A stretch of 63,746 nt of DNA, the filler included, from Candidatus Nanoarchaeia archaeon (GTDB taxonomy: Archaea; Nanobdellota; Nanobdellia; Woesearchaeales; DATDTY01), in assembly GCA_035290625.1 (NCBI GenBank). It is 5 parts of 5 records of this genome, joined end to end, with 100 filler letters (N's around TTAATTAATTAA, not from the genome) between each part and the next. Parts side by side here need not be neighbours in the genome. Positions count along the whole stretch, not along the records: positions 1 to 25,942 come from DATDTY010000039.1; positions 26,043 to 39,193 come from DATDTY010000040.1; 3 more parts are not named here. One strand, 5' to 3'. The notes under the pieces are model-generated. The model did no database searches, was not told the DNA's origin, and saw nothing but the letters and a program-made list of their open reading frames with translations. Shown here piece by piece: positions 21,720-31,037 of this stretch. The translations under genes and the position numbers were made by a program. The stretch's first letter is position 1, and every line of letters begins with the position of its first letter.

Positions 21720-22333
21720 CTTCCTGTAACCACATATTCGAGCTTGCGGGTATTGATGAAAAGATTGTAAAGATACGCGCGCAGCTCTTCAAGCTTTGCT
21801 TTGAATTTAGGCATTCTGCCAAGAATTTGCTCTGCTGTCTTGTACACACTCTTATGATAAGGAGGAATATTCTTTGCTAAAATTTCCTCCTTAAGCTCCA
21901 GATATGATTCACAGGTGGAAAGTTCGCCCTGGATTTCAGTAGTCAAGAGCCGAAGCTCTTTCTGGAAGTCCTCAACCTCTTTCAGTTCAGACTCCACAAA
22001 TTGTTTAATCTCAGTAAGTGGTTTCTGATTTGGCAAGCGTAAAGCAGAGGACTTAAGAGAATATGTAATTCTTTCCAAATTCTTATGCGACCGGTTCAGC
22101 TTCTGTAAAAAAGAAAGCGTCTTTGTAAGGTTATCACGTGCTTTTGCCAGCATCTTTATGCTGAAGGAGACATCCGGCTTCGGAAGCATATAACCAGCAA
22201 ATTGTTCTCCTTCAGAATATGCACGGATGGCCTTATCAAGAAGCTTGCATTCCTTCGCCTCTGCGCACTCCTGAAGGAGCGATGCTTCAGAAATGCTTTC
22301 AGGCTTTTTTCTGAACCAGTTAAGGAGGCCCAT
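21710..22333 (-). CDS. Hypothetical helical/coiled-coil protein; stop codon lies inside the family B element
   Basis: ORF from MGLLNWFRKK; the upstream ORF extension lies in a repeat. Confidence 0.55.
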   Translation of the reverse strand: MGLLNWFRKKPESISEASLLQECAEAKECKLLDKAIRAYSEGEQFAGYMLPKPDVSFSIKMLAKARDNLTKTLSFLQKLNRSHKNLERITYSLKSSALRLPNQKPLTEIKQFVESELKEVEDFQKELRLLTTEIQGELSTCESYLELKEEILAKNIPPYHKSVYKTAEQILGRMPKFKAKLEELRAYLYNLFINTRKLEYVVTGRAQ

Positions 22334-22378
22334 AAGGAGATCATATACCAATGCTAATAAAAAGGTTTTGGATGACGC

Positions 22379-22544
22379 AGACGCAATTGAAAAGTTATGC
22401 AGCGCCATCTTGTGAGCCATAGTATGCTGGAAGTATCACACCGACAAGAGGGTCGGCTCCTACGGAGAATGTCGGTTATCCGCCTTCTGGTGCATGGCGA
22501 ACCTGGCGCTGCCGAGCGAAGCGAGCAGCTTTTCAATTGCGCCC
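22379..22544. mobile_element. MITE-like element family A, copy 1
   Basis: TIR CGCAATTGAAAAG..CTTTTCAATTGCG; flanking direct repeat GATGACGC(AG). Confidence 0.85.
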
Positions 22545-22590
22545 GATGACGCAGCAAACCTTATAAACCATCTATAACCTCCCTGAATGC

Positions 22591-22851
22591 ATGGAAGCAG
22601 TCATCATCAATTACCGCTCAAATCGCCACAGCCAGACTTGCCATCACATCATTGCTGAAACCAGGGGAATCAGCAAAAGGGATGACGCTGCAAAGCTTGT
22701 CGGCAAAGAGGTCAGCTGGAAGTCGCCTGCTGGAAAAGAGATAAAAGGGAAGGTTGCCTCTGCGCATGGCAATAAAGGCGCCTTAAGGATCATCTTTGAG
22801 AGAGGCCTTCCAGGCCAGGCATTGGGCGGCAAGATTGAGATAAAGGCCTAA
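22591..22851 (+). CDS. rpl35ae: 50S ribosomal protein L35Ae
   Basis: IKGKVASAHGNKGALRIIFERGLPGQALG. Confidence 0.95.
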   Translation: MEAVIINYRSNRHSQTCHHIIAETRGISKRDDAAKLVGKEVSWKSPAGKEIKGKVASAHGNKGALRIIFERGLPGQALGGKIEIKA

Positions 22852-23081
22852 AGCCCTTTCCTAAACGCCCCTTCTGTTTCTCGGGTGATCAGGAATCTCT
22901 TGAAGATCAGGATGAAGCCTGCCAAAGCGCTTCCAATGGAGATGATGTAGGTAAAAGGCATTCTAAAAGGCTCCAGGTCAAAAAAGGAGAGGAGGTTCAG
23001 CTGGTCAAGAAAGATGATTGCTCCTGCAAATAAAAAAAGAAATCCGACCAGGATCCTTATGCTGAATCCTTTCTTGGCCAT
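22848..23081 (-). CDS. Small two-TM membrane protein
   Basis: Hydrophobic 77-aa ORF abutting the upstream gene. Confidence 0.6.
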   Translation of the reverse strand: MAKKGFSIRILVGFLFLFAGAIIFLDQLNLLSFFDLEPFRMPFTYIISIGSALAGFILIFKRFLITRETEGAFRKGL

Positions 23082-23468
23082 TTAATAAACTCCTTTGAAT
23101 GCTCCTCCTAAAAGCAGCAACCCTCCCAATGCAAGCACAGCATCCACAGCAATCTGAATTCCGCCAGGCAAGGTAAACCCAATGACACGATAGTGGTTGA
23201 GTAAGGGGATAATCCCTAAGGCAATCAAGACAATACCTACAACAAGGCTGATGCGCATCAATCCTTTATTGATTAAGGCTTCCCTGCTTGCATCAACAAG
23301 CAGCCAGATCCCTCCAACAACAAAGACTATCCAAAGAGCCAGCTCAGGAAGAGCAGGCAGCGTAAAGGATATTAGATTCAATGTGTTAAGCAACGGAAGA
23401 CCTCCTTGCACAAGAAGGATTAGTCCTAAAATGAAGCTTATCGTTTTTCTCGCAGTTAGCATTGGCAT
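23082..23468 (-). CDS. Four-TM membrane protein with internal duplication
   Basis: Repeated G.lPLLN....I.FTLP motif. Confidence 0.65.
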   Translation of the reverse strand: MPMLTARKTISFILGLILLVQGGLPLLNTLNLISFTLPALPELALWIVFVVGGIWLLVDASREALINKGLMRISLVVGIVLIALGIIPLLNHYRVIGFTLPGGIQIAVDAVLALGGLLLLGGAFKGVY

Positions 23469-23601
23469 CACCTGATGGTTGATACTGTCTTTTTGGCTTA
23501 CTCGTATATAAATGTTGTGGAGATTTTTGAGTACTGGCAAATGGAAAGGTTTATATAAAAGAAAAAACGAGAGGGGATATCAAAATCCAAGAGGTGCAAG
23601 G

Positions 23602-24975
23602 ATGAGAAAAAAACTGCCTTTTCTTTTTACGTTCCTGTTTCTGGTTTCTATCGCAACAGTCAGTGCACAACTGAACATAGGTGAATTATTGGAGAATACT
23701 GGCTTGGATGCGTTCTTTGTAGAAGTGATTAGCCCAGATGGGAGGATAGCTGAACCCTACGGTGTGCTCTATTTACGAATCATCCTCTTCATCATCGTGT
23801 TTGCATTGTTCTATGGAGTATCCAATCTTGTTTTAGCGAATATTGAGAAACGCCCGCGTATATTTGTTGCTCTCGGCCTTGGCTTGCTTTCTGTTGTGGC
23901 AATTCCTGTAACAATGTTACAAACACTGGTCTCTGGCTACGCTGTTGGGCTTTTTGTGACACTCACCTTAGTCCTTATCCTGGGCGCGGTGTACATCGGG
24001 CATAAAATAGGGGAGAGCCAGGGAGGAAGATTCGCAAAAGGGGTGCTATTTTTATTCGCAGGCTATTTTGTGCAGGGGATGTTAGTAGGCGGCCTCGCAA
24101 ACCTTGGGGGGGTGATACCTGCCCCTACAGGAGGGATTGGCTTAAATGAGATAAGCAGCATCCTCACTCTGGTGAGTGTTATTATGGTGTTTATGGGATT
24201 CTGGTATATATTTACATCCTTCAGTAGGAGGGTTGCAGAAGAAGGCGGAGTTGGAGGGTTGGAAGGTGTTGGAGAACGCCTTTCCAATGTGAGGGGAGGA
24301 ATAAACAGCTTCAAAAAGGGATATAAGGACTTTGTAGGAAGGACCGCACTCGAAGAAAGAGCAACAAAGAAGATCGAGGATATCGAGAAAGAGGTAGGTG
24401 ACGAAAACGACCAGATAATAGCCGCATTAGGAAGTTTGCTTCAGGCTCTGTCGAGCAGACAAATCTCAAAAAAAGTTCCGGAAATCAAAAAGATACTCAA
24501 CACGATAAAGAAAATCGAAACACAGGAAACCTCACATCTGAAGGAACTTTGGAAAACCGCAAAAACATGGGAAAAGGTGCATGCTAAGATTATAAGCATT
24601 CAAAGCGCTACAGGAGCTACTCTAAAAGATCGGATAAAGACGGGGCTAGGGGTGACGATGGTCAGTCCTGCGCTTGAAAAAAATGTAGAGGATATCCAAC
24701 AAATGATAGCAAGAAGCAATGTATTAGACAAAACAGCTTTGAAAAATATAGCAGCAGCTGCAAATCTTGACAACCAATATAGACAAAACATCGGAGCAGC
24801 ATACCAGGCAATGTCATCTGGAAATGTTCTGGGAGCAAAGCAAGATATCAAGGCTGCTATTCAGAACAAAACCGATGAGAATAGGATGCTTGCCAACTTA
24901 AAGGCAGCAGAGAAGATAGCAGAGGACTTAGAAAGGGCAATGGAAGTCAAAGGAGGAATTGCTTCCAAGATTTAG
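23602..24975 (+). CDS. Membrane protein with signal peptide, several TMs and C-terminal helical region
   Basis: Hydrophobicity pattern; GAGGTG RBS before ATG 23602. Confidence 0.7.
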   Translation: MRKKLPFLFTFLFLVSIATVSAQLNIGELLENTGLDAFFVEVISPDGRIAEPYGVLYLRIILFIIVFALFYGVSNLVLANIEKRPRIFVALGLGLLSVVAIPVTMLQTLVSGYAVGLFVTLTLVLILGAVYIGHKIGESQGGRFAKGVLFLFAGYFVQGMLVGGLANLGGVIPAPTGGIGLNEISSILTLVSVIMVFMGFWYIFTSFSRRVAEEGGVGGLEGVGERLSNVRGGINSFKKGYKDFVGRTALEERATKKIEDIEKEVGDENDQIIAALGSLLQALSSRQISKKVPEIKKILNTIKKIETQETSHLKELWKTAKTWEKVHAKIISIQSATGATLKDRIKTGLGVTMVSPALEKNVEDIQQMIARSNVLDKTALKNIAAAANLDNQYRQNIGAAYQAMSSGNVLGAKQDIKAAIQNKTDENRMLANLKAAEKIAEDLERAMEVKGGIASKI

Positions 24976-25007
24976 CAATGGAGTATCACTCAACATAGTA
25001 AGTCAAC

Positions 25008-25718
25008 ATGCAGCTCCAACTCAACAAAAAACCTCAGAACTGTACCTTGATTATCGGTTTTCCAGGCTTCGGGTTAGTTGGAACAATCGCCACAGAGTTC
25101 CTGATTGAACATCTCCAGACAGTGAAGATAGGAAAAGTTACCACAGAAGATGTTGCCGCTATCGTTGCCATCCATGAATCAAAGATTGTTGAGCCGATAG
25201 GCATCTTCTATAACAAGAAGTGGAATATAGCCATCCTCCATGTTGTGAATGCTGTTGCAAACATCGAGTGGAAGCTTGCTGAGGTTATCGACGATCTGGT
25301 CAAAAAGCTTAAAGTCAAGGAGATTGTTTCCTTGGAAGGCGTCGGCTCCCAGATTCCTACAGAGACAAGCAGGGTATTTTACTTCCTGACCAGTACAAAG
25401 AACGAGAAGAAGATCAAAAGCCTTGCAATCGAGCCATTGAAGGAAGGGATCATCATGGGAGTGACTGGAGCGATCCTGCTCAGGATGGAGCATTTTCCAA
25501 CAACCTGCTTCTTCGCAGAGACCCATACCCAGATGCCGGATTCAAAAGCTGCTGCAAAGATCATCGAAACCCTGGATAAGTATATGGGCTTGGCTGTCGA
25601 TTATAAGCCGCTTCTCAAGCAGGCAGAGAAGTTTGAGGAGAAGCTAAAGGACCTCATGAAGCAGTCCCAGCAGTCTCAGGACATGCAGGACAAGAAAAAG
25701 TTAAGTTATGTGGGTTAA
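25008..25718 (+). CDS. PAC2-family proteasome assembly chaperone
   Basis: GFPGFGLVGTIATEFL, PDSKAAA, acidic/aromatic C-terminus YVG. Confidence 0.9.
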   Translation: MQLQLNKKPQNCTLIIGFPGFGLVGTIATEFLIEHLQTVKIGKVTTEDVAAIVAIHESKIVEPIGIFYNKKWNIAILHVVNAVANIEWKLAEVIDDLVKKLKVKEIVSLEGVGSQIPTETSRVFYFLTSTKNEKKIKSLAIEPLKEGIIMGVTGAILLRMEHFPTTCFFAETHTQMPDSKAAAKIIETLDKYMGLAVDYKPLLKQAEKFEEKLKDLMKQSQQSQDMQDKKKLSYVG

Positions 25719-25812
25719 CGGACAATCTGCGCGTTTTCAATCTCCAGAAAAGCCCGGTCACCTGTCAGGAATATTCGGTGATTTTCTAAAGCAAAGGTAT
25801 AGCCCCGAGTGT
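25715..25812 (-). pseudogene. VapC/PIN-domain C-terminal remnant
   Basis: GYTFALENHRIFLTGDRAFLEIENAQIVR*; no intact upstream frame seen. Confidence 0.5.
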
Positions 25813-25942
25813 GGTTAATAATTCAAATGATATAGCAAGATTTCTTGCTATATTAAGGATATTGTGCCTTAAGATAATGATGGCACAATATGACAATATC
25901 TTTGCTTCTTTCTTAAGTCTTGTAGTCATTAATCCTGCATTG

Positions 25943-26042
25943 NNNNNNNNNNNNNNNNNNNNNNNNNNNNNNNNNNNNNNNNNNNNTTAATTAATTAANN
26001 NNNNNNNNNNNNNNNNNNNNNNNNNNNNNNNNNNNNNNNNNN
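25943..26042. other. Artificial contig linker (N-run with TTAATTAATTAA)
   Basis: The same 100-nt spacer occurs four times. Confidence 0.98.
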
Positions 26043-26043
26043 C

Positions 26044-26229
26044 AGAGTCAACAGGCCACAAACCAACGGCAAAGTAGAACGCTTCTTCCTCAGCTACAAG
26101 ACAGAATACGCAACAGGATCATTCGCTAATCTTGCTGACTATATCAGGCATCATAATGAGGCACGGCCTCATATGAGCCTGAACTTCAAGACTCCAAGAG
26201 AAGTATGGAATGAACTAAAGCGGAAGTAG
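26044..26229 (+). mobile_element. IS481-like DDE transposase C-terminus (truncated by gap)
   Basis: RPQTNGKVERFF...HNEARPHMSLNFKTP; followed by duplicated CGGAAGTAGTTTCGTGA. Confidence 0.85.
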
Positions 26230-26269
26230 TTTCGTGACCGGAAGTAGTTTCGTGATAATAGAAAGGTGG

Positions 26270-26477
26270 GGCGCCATTGAAAAGTTCCTCACTTCGTTCG
26301 GCAACGCCAGGCTCGCCATATAACCCCCTCCTCATAAACGACATTCCCCGACTGGGGCATCCCCCTTGTCGTTGCTCTGCTCTCTATTTAAATGGCTCAC
26401 GGATGGCGTTGCACTAAAAAATCAAAGATTTTTGGTGCACCTCGCTTTGCTCGGTTGCATCACTTTTCAATGAGCCT
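26270..26477 (-). mobile_element. MITE-like element family A, copy 2 (inverted, with 46-bp internal insertion)
   Basis: TIR CATTGAAAAGT..ACTTTTCAATG; reverse complement aligns with the other A copies. Confidence 0.8.
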
Positions 26478-26529
26478 TAATGTGGGTTTGGACGATTGCA
26501 TCAACCGAAACCTCAAAAAATACAATGCA

Positions 26530-26631
26530 TGGGGCTGCCCGGACTTTCGACAGAGCAACAGAGGGCTCTCATTCGAACCGGGGACCTCTACCACCCCAAG
26601 GTAGGATCATACCAAGCTAGACCACAGCCCC
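26530..26631 (-). tRNA. tRNA-Pro(GGG) with 28-nt T-loop intron (26544-26571)
   Basis: Cloverleaf on minus strand; BHB helix TTCG/CGAA; excision gives CCCGG-TTCGAAT-CCGGG. Confidence 0.92.
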
Positions 26632-26753
26632 ACAGACAGAGTTTTTCTGCTCGGCTTTAATTTATTTTCTAAAACAAAATAGTGAGGCGCAAAAAAAAGC
26701 ACAATGTTTTTAAAGGGAGGTCAAAGATTCAACTGCTCCAAAAAGGAGGAAAC

Positions 26754-26918
26754 ATGGCAGAGAAACCAAAGAAAAGCGCAAAATCAGAAGAGAAAAGAGA
26801 AGAAGAAGGCTCAGAAGAACCTGAAACGCCCCAGAAGGATTCCAAAGATGCGAAAGAGGCAAAAGAAGAAAATGACGATGATGAACACGAAGACTTCGAG
26901 GATGAGGATGAATATTGA
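26754..26918 (+). CDS. Small acidic low-complexity protein
   Basis: AGGAGG RBS, MAEKPKK...EDEDEY. Confidence 0.55.
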   Translation: MAEKPKKSAKSEEKREEEGSEEPETPQKDSKDAKEAKEENDDDEHEDFEDEDEY

Positions 26919-26971
26919 AGGTATGAATTCTGCACAATGTTTATAAAACAGGTGATTATTCTATAAACCAG

Positions 26972-27093
26972 CCCCACCTAGCTCAACGGCAGAGCGCATG
27001 GCTGTAGATATCACGCAGAGGTGCCAATAAGGCTGGGATGAAGCGTGATCAGCCGTGACCATGAGGTTGCTGGTTCAAGTCCGGCGGTGGGGA
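26972..27093 (+). tRNA. tRNA-Tyr(GTA) with ~50-nt anticodon-loop intron
   Basis: CCCCACC/GGTGGGG acceptor stem; CATGG-CTGTAGA-CCATG after excision. Confidence 0.9.
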
Positions 27094-27249
27094 CTCTTCT
27101 CTCCAAAAATAGGCAAATCGCGACCTGCCAAACGAAACCTTTTTAAATAGAGAACAAACACCAAAAAGCATGTGCGCGGAATGCTTCTTTAGATTGACTT
27201 GTTTTCTTCAGCGAAAATAAGCATCTAAAGGAAGCTATGTCAGGCTGTT

Positions 27250-27367
27250 GCCCTGGTAGTGTAGCTCGGCCCAGTGATGGTGAAGCCATCCGCTGCGAGA
27301 ACTATCATGAAGCCCTGTCGAGGCTTCGACCCGGGTTCAAAAGTTCCTGAAAATCCCGGCCAGGGCG
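27250..27367 (+). tRNA. tRNA-Asp(GTC) with D-loop intron (27271-27301) and T-loop intron (27342-27353)
   Basis: Two BHB motifs (CTCG/CGAG; TTCA/TGAA); excision gives a canonical cloverleaf. Confidence 0.9.
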
Positions 27368-27375
27368 TTTCCATT

Positions 27376-27481
27376 GGGCCGGTAGCTCAGCCTGGAACAA
27401 GGACTTGTGGGCAATAGAGCACCTGAACACATGGTGAAGCTTTTAACCAGGTGGTCGCGAGTTCGAATCTCGTCCGGCCCA
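27376..27481 (+). tRNA. tRNA-Lys(TTT) with D-loop intron (27396-27414) and anticodon-stem intron (27426-27438)
   Basis: BHB helices GCCT/GGGC and CACC/GGTG; excision gives CCTGG-CTTTTAA-CCAGG. Confidence 0.9.
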
Positions 27482-27492
27482 TGCCTATCAAC

Positions 27493-27729
27493 ATGAAGTT
27501 TGACATCACCAATCATTCGTTGGTTCCGAAACATAGTATATTGAGTGAAAAGGAGAAGGCGGACCTCCTCGAGAAGTATCAGATATCCATGAATGAACTG
27601 CCAAAAATCCTCAAGACCGATCCTGCGATCAGACATCTTCCGGTGAAAGAAGGGAATATCATTAAGATTGTCAGGGAAAGCCCGACTGCCGGAAAAGTGG
27701 TGTTTTTCAGGGGAGTCATAAGTTCGTAA
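27493..27729 (+). CDS. rpoH: RNA polymerase subunit H (Rpo5)
   Basis: HSLVPKHSIL, LPKILKTDP, IVRESPTAG. Confidence 0.96.
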   Translation: MKFDITNHSLVPKHSILSEKEKADLLEKYQISMNELPKILKTDPAIRHLPVKEGNIIKIVRESPTAGKVVFFRGVISS

Positions 27730-27730
27730 A

Positions 27731-29218
27731 ATGAGGAAATATTCTAAAGTATTGCTTCAAAGTTTCTTCAGGGAGTACAGCCTGGTGAACTCAGATATTG
27801 AGAGTTTTAATTATTTTATCGAGAAGCAGCTCCAGGAGATTGTCGATGAGAACAAGGAGATTGAGCCCACAATTATCCCCCACAATATTGACAGTTTTAA
27901 GATACGGCTTGATAAGATATGGGTTGTAAAACCAGAGATAACAGAGGCTGATGGAAGCAAGCGGAACATTCTCCCCATTGAAGCGCGCCTCAGGAAGATC
28001 ACCTATGCTGCCCCTTGCTTTATCGAGGTGAGCGCGCATGTCAACGATGTCCAGCGGGAATCTTTCACCACCCAGATTGGGAGCGTTCCCATCATGCTCA
28101 AGAGTAAATTATGCCATTTGAATGGCTTGGACAAGCAGAAGTTAATCGAAGCAGGCGAGGATCCTGAAGATCCGGGCGGGTATTTTATTATTAACGGGAC
28201 AGAGAAAGTGCTTGTGAACATCGAAGATCTGGCTCCGAACAACCTCCTGGTTGAAAGGGAGAGGACCGGGGTTTCCGACTTTACGGCAAAGATGTTCTCG
28301 GAGCGCGGATCCTTCAAAATCCCTCATACCATGGAGCGCCTGAAGGACGGGGTTTTCTATCTGAGCTTCACCCGCGTAAAACGAATTCCTGTGGTGGTTA
28401 TTATCAAGGCGCTCGGTCTGCTCAAAGATGAGGATATTATGCACCATGTCAGCAGCGAGAGGCAATATGATGAAGTGCTGATCAATCTCTACGAATATAT
28501 TGATATCAAGAATCAGGAAGAGGCGGTGGATTGGATCGCGAAGAAGATCGGAATCACACAGTCCAAGGACATTCGCGTGCAGCGGATGTATGAGATTTTG
28601 GATAAGTACCTCCTGCCGCATCTCGGCATCGAAAAAGAGAGCCGGATGTTCAAGGCATATAACCTCTGCAAGATAATACGAAGGTTCCTGAGTGTAGCCA
28701 ACGGAGAGAGCCCGGTGGATGATAAGGACCATTATATGAACAAGCGCCTCAAAAGCTCAGGGGATCTCCTCGCAGACCTTTTCCGGGCAAATCTCAAAGT
28801 GCTGATAGGGGATATGCTGTACAATTTCCAAAGGATTGTAAAGCGAGGGAAATTCCCGAGCATCAAGATAATTATCAGGGACAAGCTGTTGACGCAGAGG
28901 ATTTACAGCAGCATGGCAACCGGGAATTGGGTGGGCGCCCGGAAGGGAGTGAGCCAGAGAATCCAACGGATCAACTTCCTTGAAACATTATCGCATCTTC
29001 AGCGGGTTGTATCTCCATTAAGCGCAACCCAGGAAAACTTTAAGGCGCGAGAGCTGCATGCAACGCATCTTGGGAGACTCTGCCCAATCGAGACCCCTGA
29101 AGGAACAAACATCGGTTTAAGGAAGAACCTTGCGCTTCTCAGCCAGGCCTCAGGTCAGACGCCAGAAGAGGAGATTATGAAATCCTTGAAAAACTATGGT
29201 TTGAAGCCAGTACAATGA
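27731..29218 (+). CDS. rpoB2: RNA polymerase subunit B''
   Basis: GGYFIINGTEKV, GRLCPIETPEGTNIGL. Confidence 0.97.
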   Translation: MRKYSKVLLQSFFREYSLVNSDIESFNYFIEKQLQEIVDENKEIEPTIIPHNIDSFKIRLDKIWVVKPEITEADGSKRNILPIEARLRKITYAAPCFIEVSAHVNDVQRESFTTQIGSVPIMLKSKLCHLNGLDKQKLIEAGEDPEDPGGYFIINGTEKVLVNIEDLAPNNLLVERERTGVSDFTAKMFSERGSFKIPHTMERLKDGVFYLSFTRVKRIPVVVIIKALGLLKDEDIMHHVSSERQYDEVLINLYEYIDIKNQEEAVDWIAKKIGITQSKDIRVQRMYEILDKYLLPHLGIEKESRMFKAYNLCKIIRRFLSVANGESPVDDKDHYMNKRLKSSGDLLADLFRANLKVLIGDMLYNFQRIVKRGKFPSIKIIIRDKLLTQRIYSSMATGNWVGARKGVSQRIQRINFLETLSHLQRVVSPLSATQENFKARELHATHLGRLCPIETPEGTNIGLRKNLALLSQASGQTPEEEIMKSLKNYGLKPVQ

Positions 29219-31017
29219 GCGAAGTCTATCTCAACGGAAAATATGTAGGGACAGTTGACGACGGATCCGAGTTCGTCTCCCATCTGATTAGAGATAGGAG
29301 GAAGGGAGTTATCCATTCAAATGTGAACGCAGCCTATAAAGATGCAAGTGATGAGGTTGTAATCGAATCCGGGAAGGGGCGCGTGCGGCGGCCACTCATT
29401 GTAGTGCACGATGGGGTGCCTCTGCTCACCGAGAATCATGTAAAGCAGATCCAGAAAGGCGAGATGAAGTGGAAAGACCTCATCGAGCAGGGAGTGGTAG
29501 AGATGCTGGACGCCATGGAAGAAGAAAAGAGCCTCGTTGCATTCAATGAAGACGAGCTGAGCATAGATCACACGCATATGGAGATCAGCCCAATCGTGAT
29601 GCTTGGCCTTACTACTTCTCTCGTTCCTTTTGCAAATCACAACCAGTCCTCAAGGCTCAATGCTGGATCGAAGAACCAGAAACAGGCAGTTGGGTTGTAT
29701 GCTTCAAACTTTGCGGTGAGGATGGACATGGACGTCAATGTTCTGAACACCCCCCAGATACCGTTAGTAGGGTCTATCATGCACGAGATCAGCGAGTACG
29801 AAAAGCATCCTGCGGGGCAGAATGTCATCGTCGCAATCATGAGTTTCATGGGCTACAATATGGAAGACGCAATCATCCTCAATCAAGGATCTGTGGATCG
29901 GGGGCTTGGGAGATCCACGTATTTTAGGCCCAGCGTCTCTGAAGAATTGAGGTATAGCGGCGGCCTGATGGACCAGATTATGATCCCCGACAAGGATGTA
30001 AAGGGGTACAAGAGCGAGAAGGATTATCGGCTGCTTGAGAAGGATGGCATCATCTACCCCGAAGCAGTGATTGCTGAAGGGGATGTCGTTATTGGGAAGG
30101 TTTCTCCCCCAAGATTCCTGAGCAGCATGGAAGAGTATAATCTTACATCAAATGTGAAGAGGGAAAGCTCAGTGTCGATCAGCCATGGAGAAAAAGGAGT
30201 TGTGGATTTTGTCCTTGTCACAGAGAACGAAGAAGGCAATAAGCTCGTACAGGTCCGCGTGAGGGATGCGCGGATTCCGGAGATAGGGGACAAGTTTACT
30301 TCCAGGCACGGGCAGAAGGGCGTGGTCGGCCTTATCGTGCCTGAAGCGGACATGCCCTTCTCGAGTTCAGGTGTTGTTCCGGACATTATGTTCAGCCCGC
30401 ACGGAATCCCATCCCGAATGACCATTGCTCACTTGCTTGAACTCATTGCAGGAAAGACGGGGGCATTAGGCGGGCGCTTTATCAACGGAACTACCTTTGA
30501 TGCGGAAAGTGAGGAAGATATAAGGAGGGAATTACAGTCCTATGGGTTCCAGGAAAATGGAACGGAAACGTTCTACAATGGGATGACGGGGGAAAAGATT
30601 GAGGCAAAGATTTTTGTTGGAAGTATGTATTATTTAAAACTGAAGCACATGGTTGCAAACAAGATTCATTCGAGAGCCAGAGGGCCAATTCAACTCCTGA
30701 CGCGGCAGCCAACAGAAGGCCGCGCGAAAGAGGGGGGATTGCGCCTTGGAGAGATGGAAAAGGATACATTCGTTGCCCATGGTGCCGCCCTGCTCCAGAA
30801 AGAGAGATTTGATTCAGACAGGACAGTGGTCCCTGTATGCGAGAATTGCGGAATCCTTGCGATCCACAATGAGTTCAAAAACACCGCCTATTGTGTAGTT
30901 TGCGGCGATAATGTTGAGATTAATAACATTGAGATCAGCTATGCCTTCAAGCTCATGCTTGATGAGTTCAAGACCCTCGGCATCTACCCTAAACTGACGC
31001 TGGAGAATAAGTATTGA
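29215..31017 (+). CDS. rpoB1: RNA polymerase subunit B'
   Basis: GDKFTSRHGQKG, RQPTEGRAKEGGLRLGEME. Confidence 0.97.
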   Translation: MSEVYLNGKYVGTVDDGSEFVSHLIRDRRKGVIHSNVNAAYKDASDEVVIESGKGRVRRPLIVVHDGVPLLTENHVKQIQKGEMKWKDLIEQGVVEMLDAMEEEKSLVAFNEDELSIDHTHMEISPIVMLGLTTSLVPFANHNQSSRLNAGSKNQKQAVGLYASNFAVRMDMDVNVLNTPQIPLVGSIMHEISEYEKHPAGQNVIVAIMSFMGYNMEDAIILNQGSVDRGLGRSTYFRPSVSEELRYSGGLMDQIMIPDKDVKGYKSEKDYRLLEKDGIIYPEAVIAEGDVVIGKVSPPRFLSSMEEYNLTSNVKRESSVSISHGEKGVVDFVLVTENEEGNKLVQVRVRDARIPEIGDKFTSRHGQKGVVGLIVPEADMPFSSSGVVPDIMFSPHGIPSRMTIAHLLELIAGKTGALGGRFINGTTFDAESEEDIRRELQSYGFQENGTETFYNGMTGEKIEAKIFVGSMYYLKLKHMVANKIHSRARGPIQLLTRQPTEGRAKEGGLRLGEMEKDTFVAHGAALLQKERFDSDRTVVPVCENCGILAIHNEFKNTAYCVVCGDNVEINNIEISYAFKLMLDEFKTLGIYPKLTLENKY

Positions 31018-31037
31018 GGCCAGGAGCAGGTTGTGAT

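Noticed and set aside
22385..22394. ATTGAAA motif resembling the 3' end of CRISPR repeats
   Set aside because: Occurs as inverted termini of dispersed elements; no regularly spaced direct repeats or cas genes
25943..26042. TTAATTAATTAA palindrome inside N-runs (four occurrences)
   Set aside because: Artificial six-frame-stop contig linker, not biology
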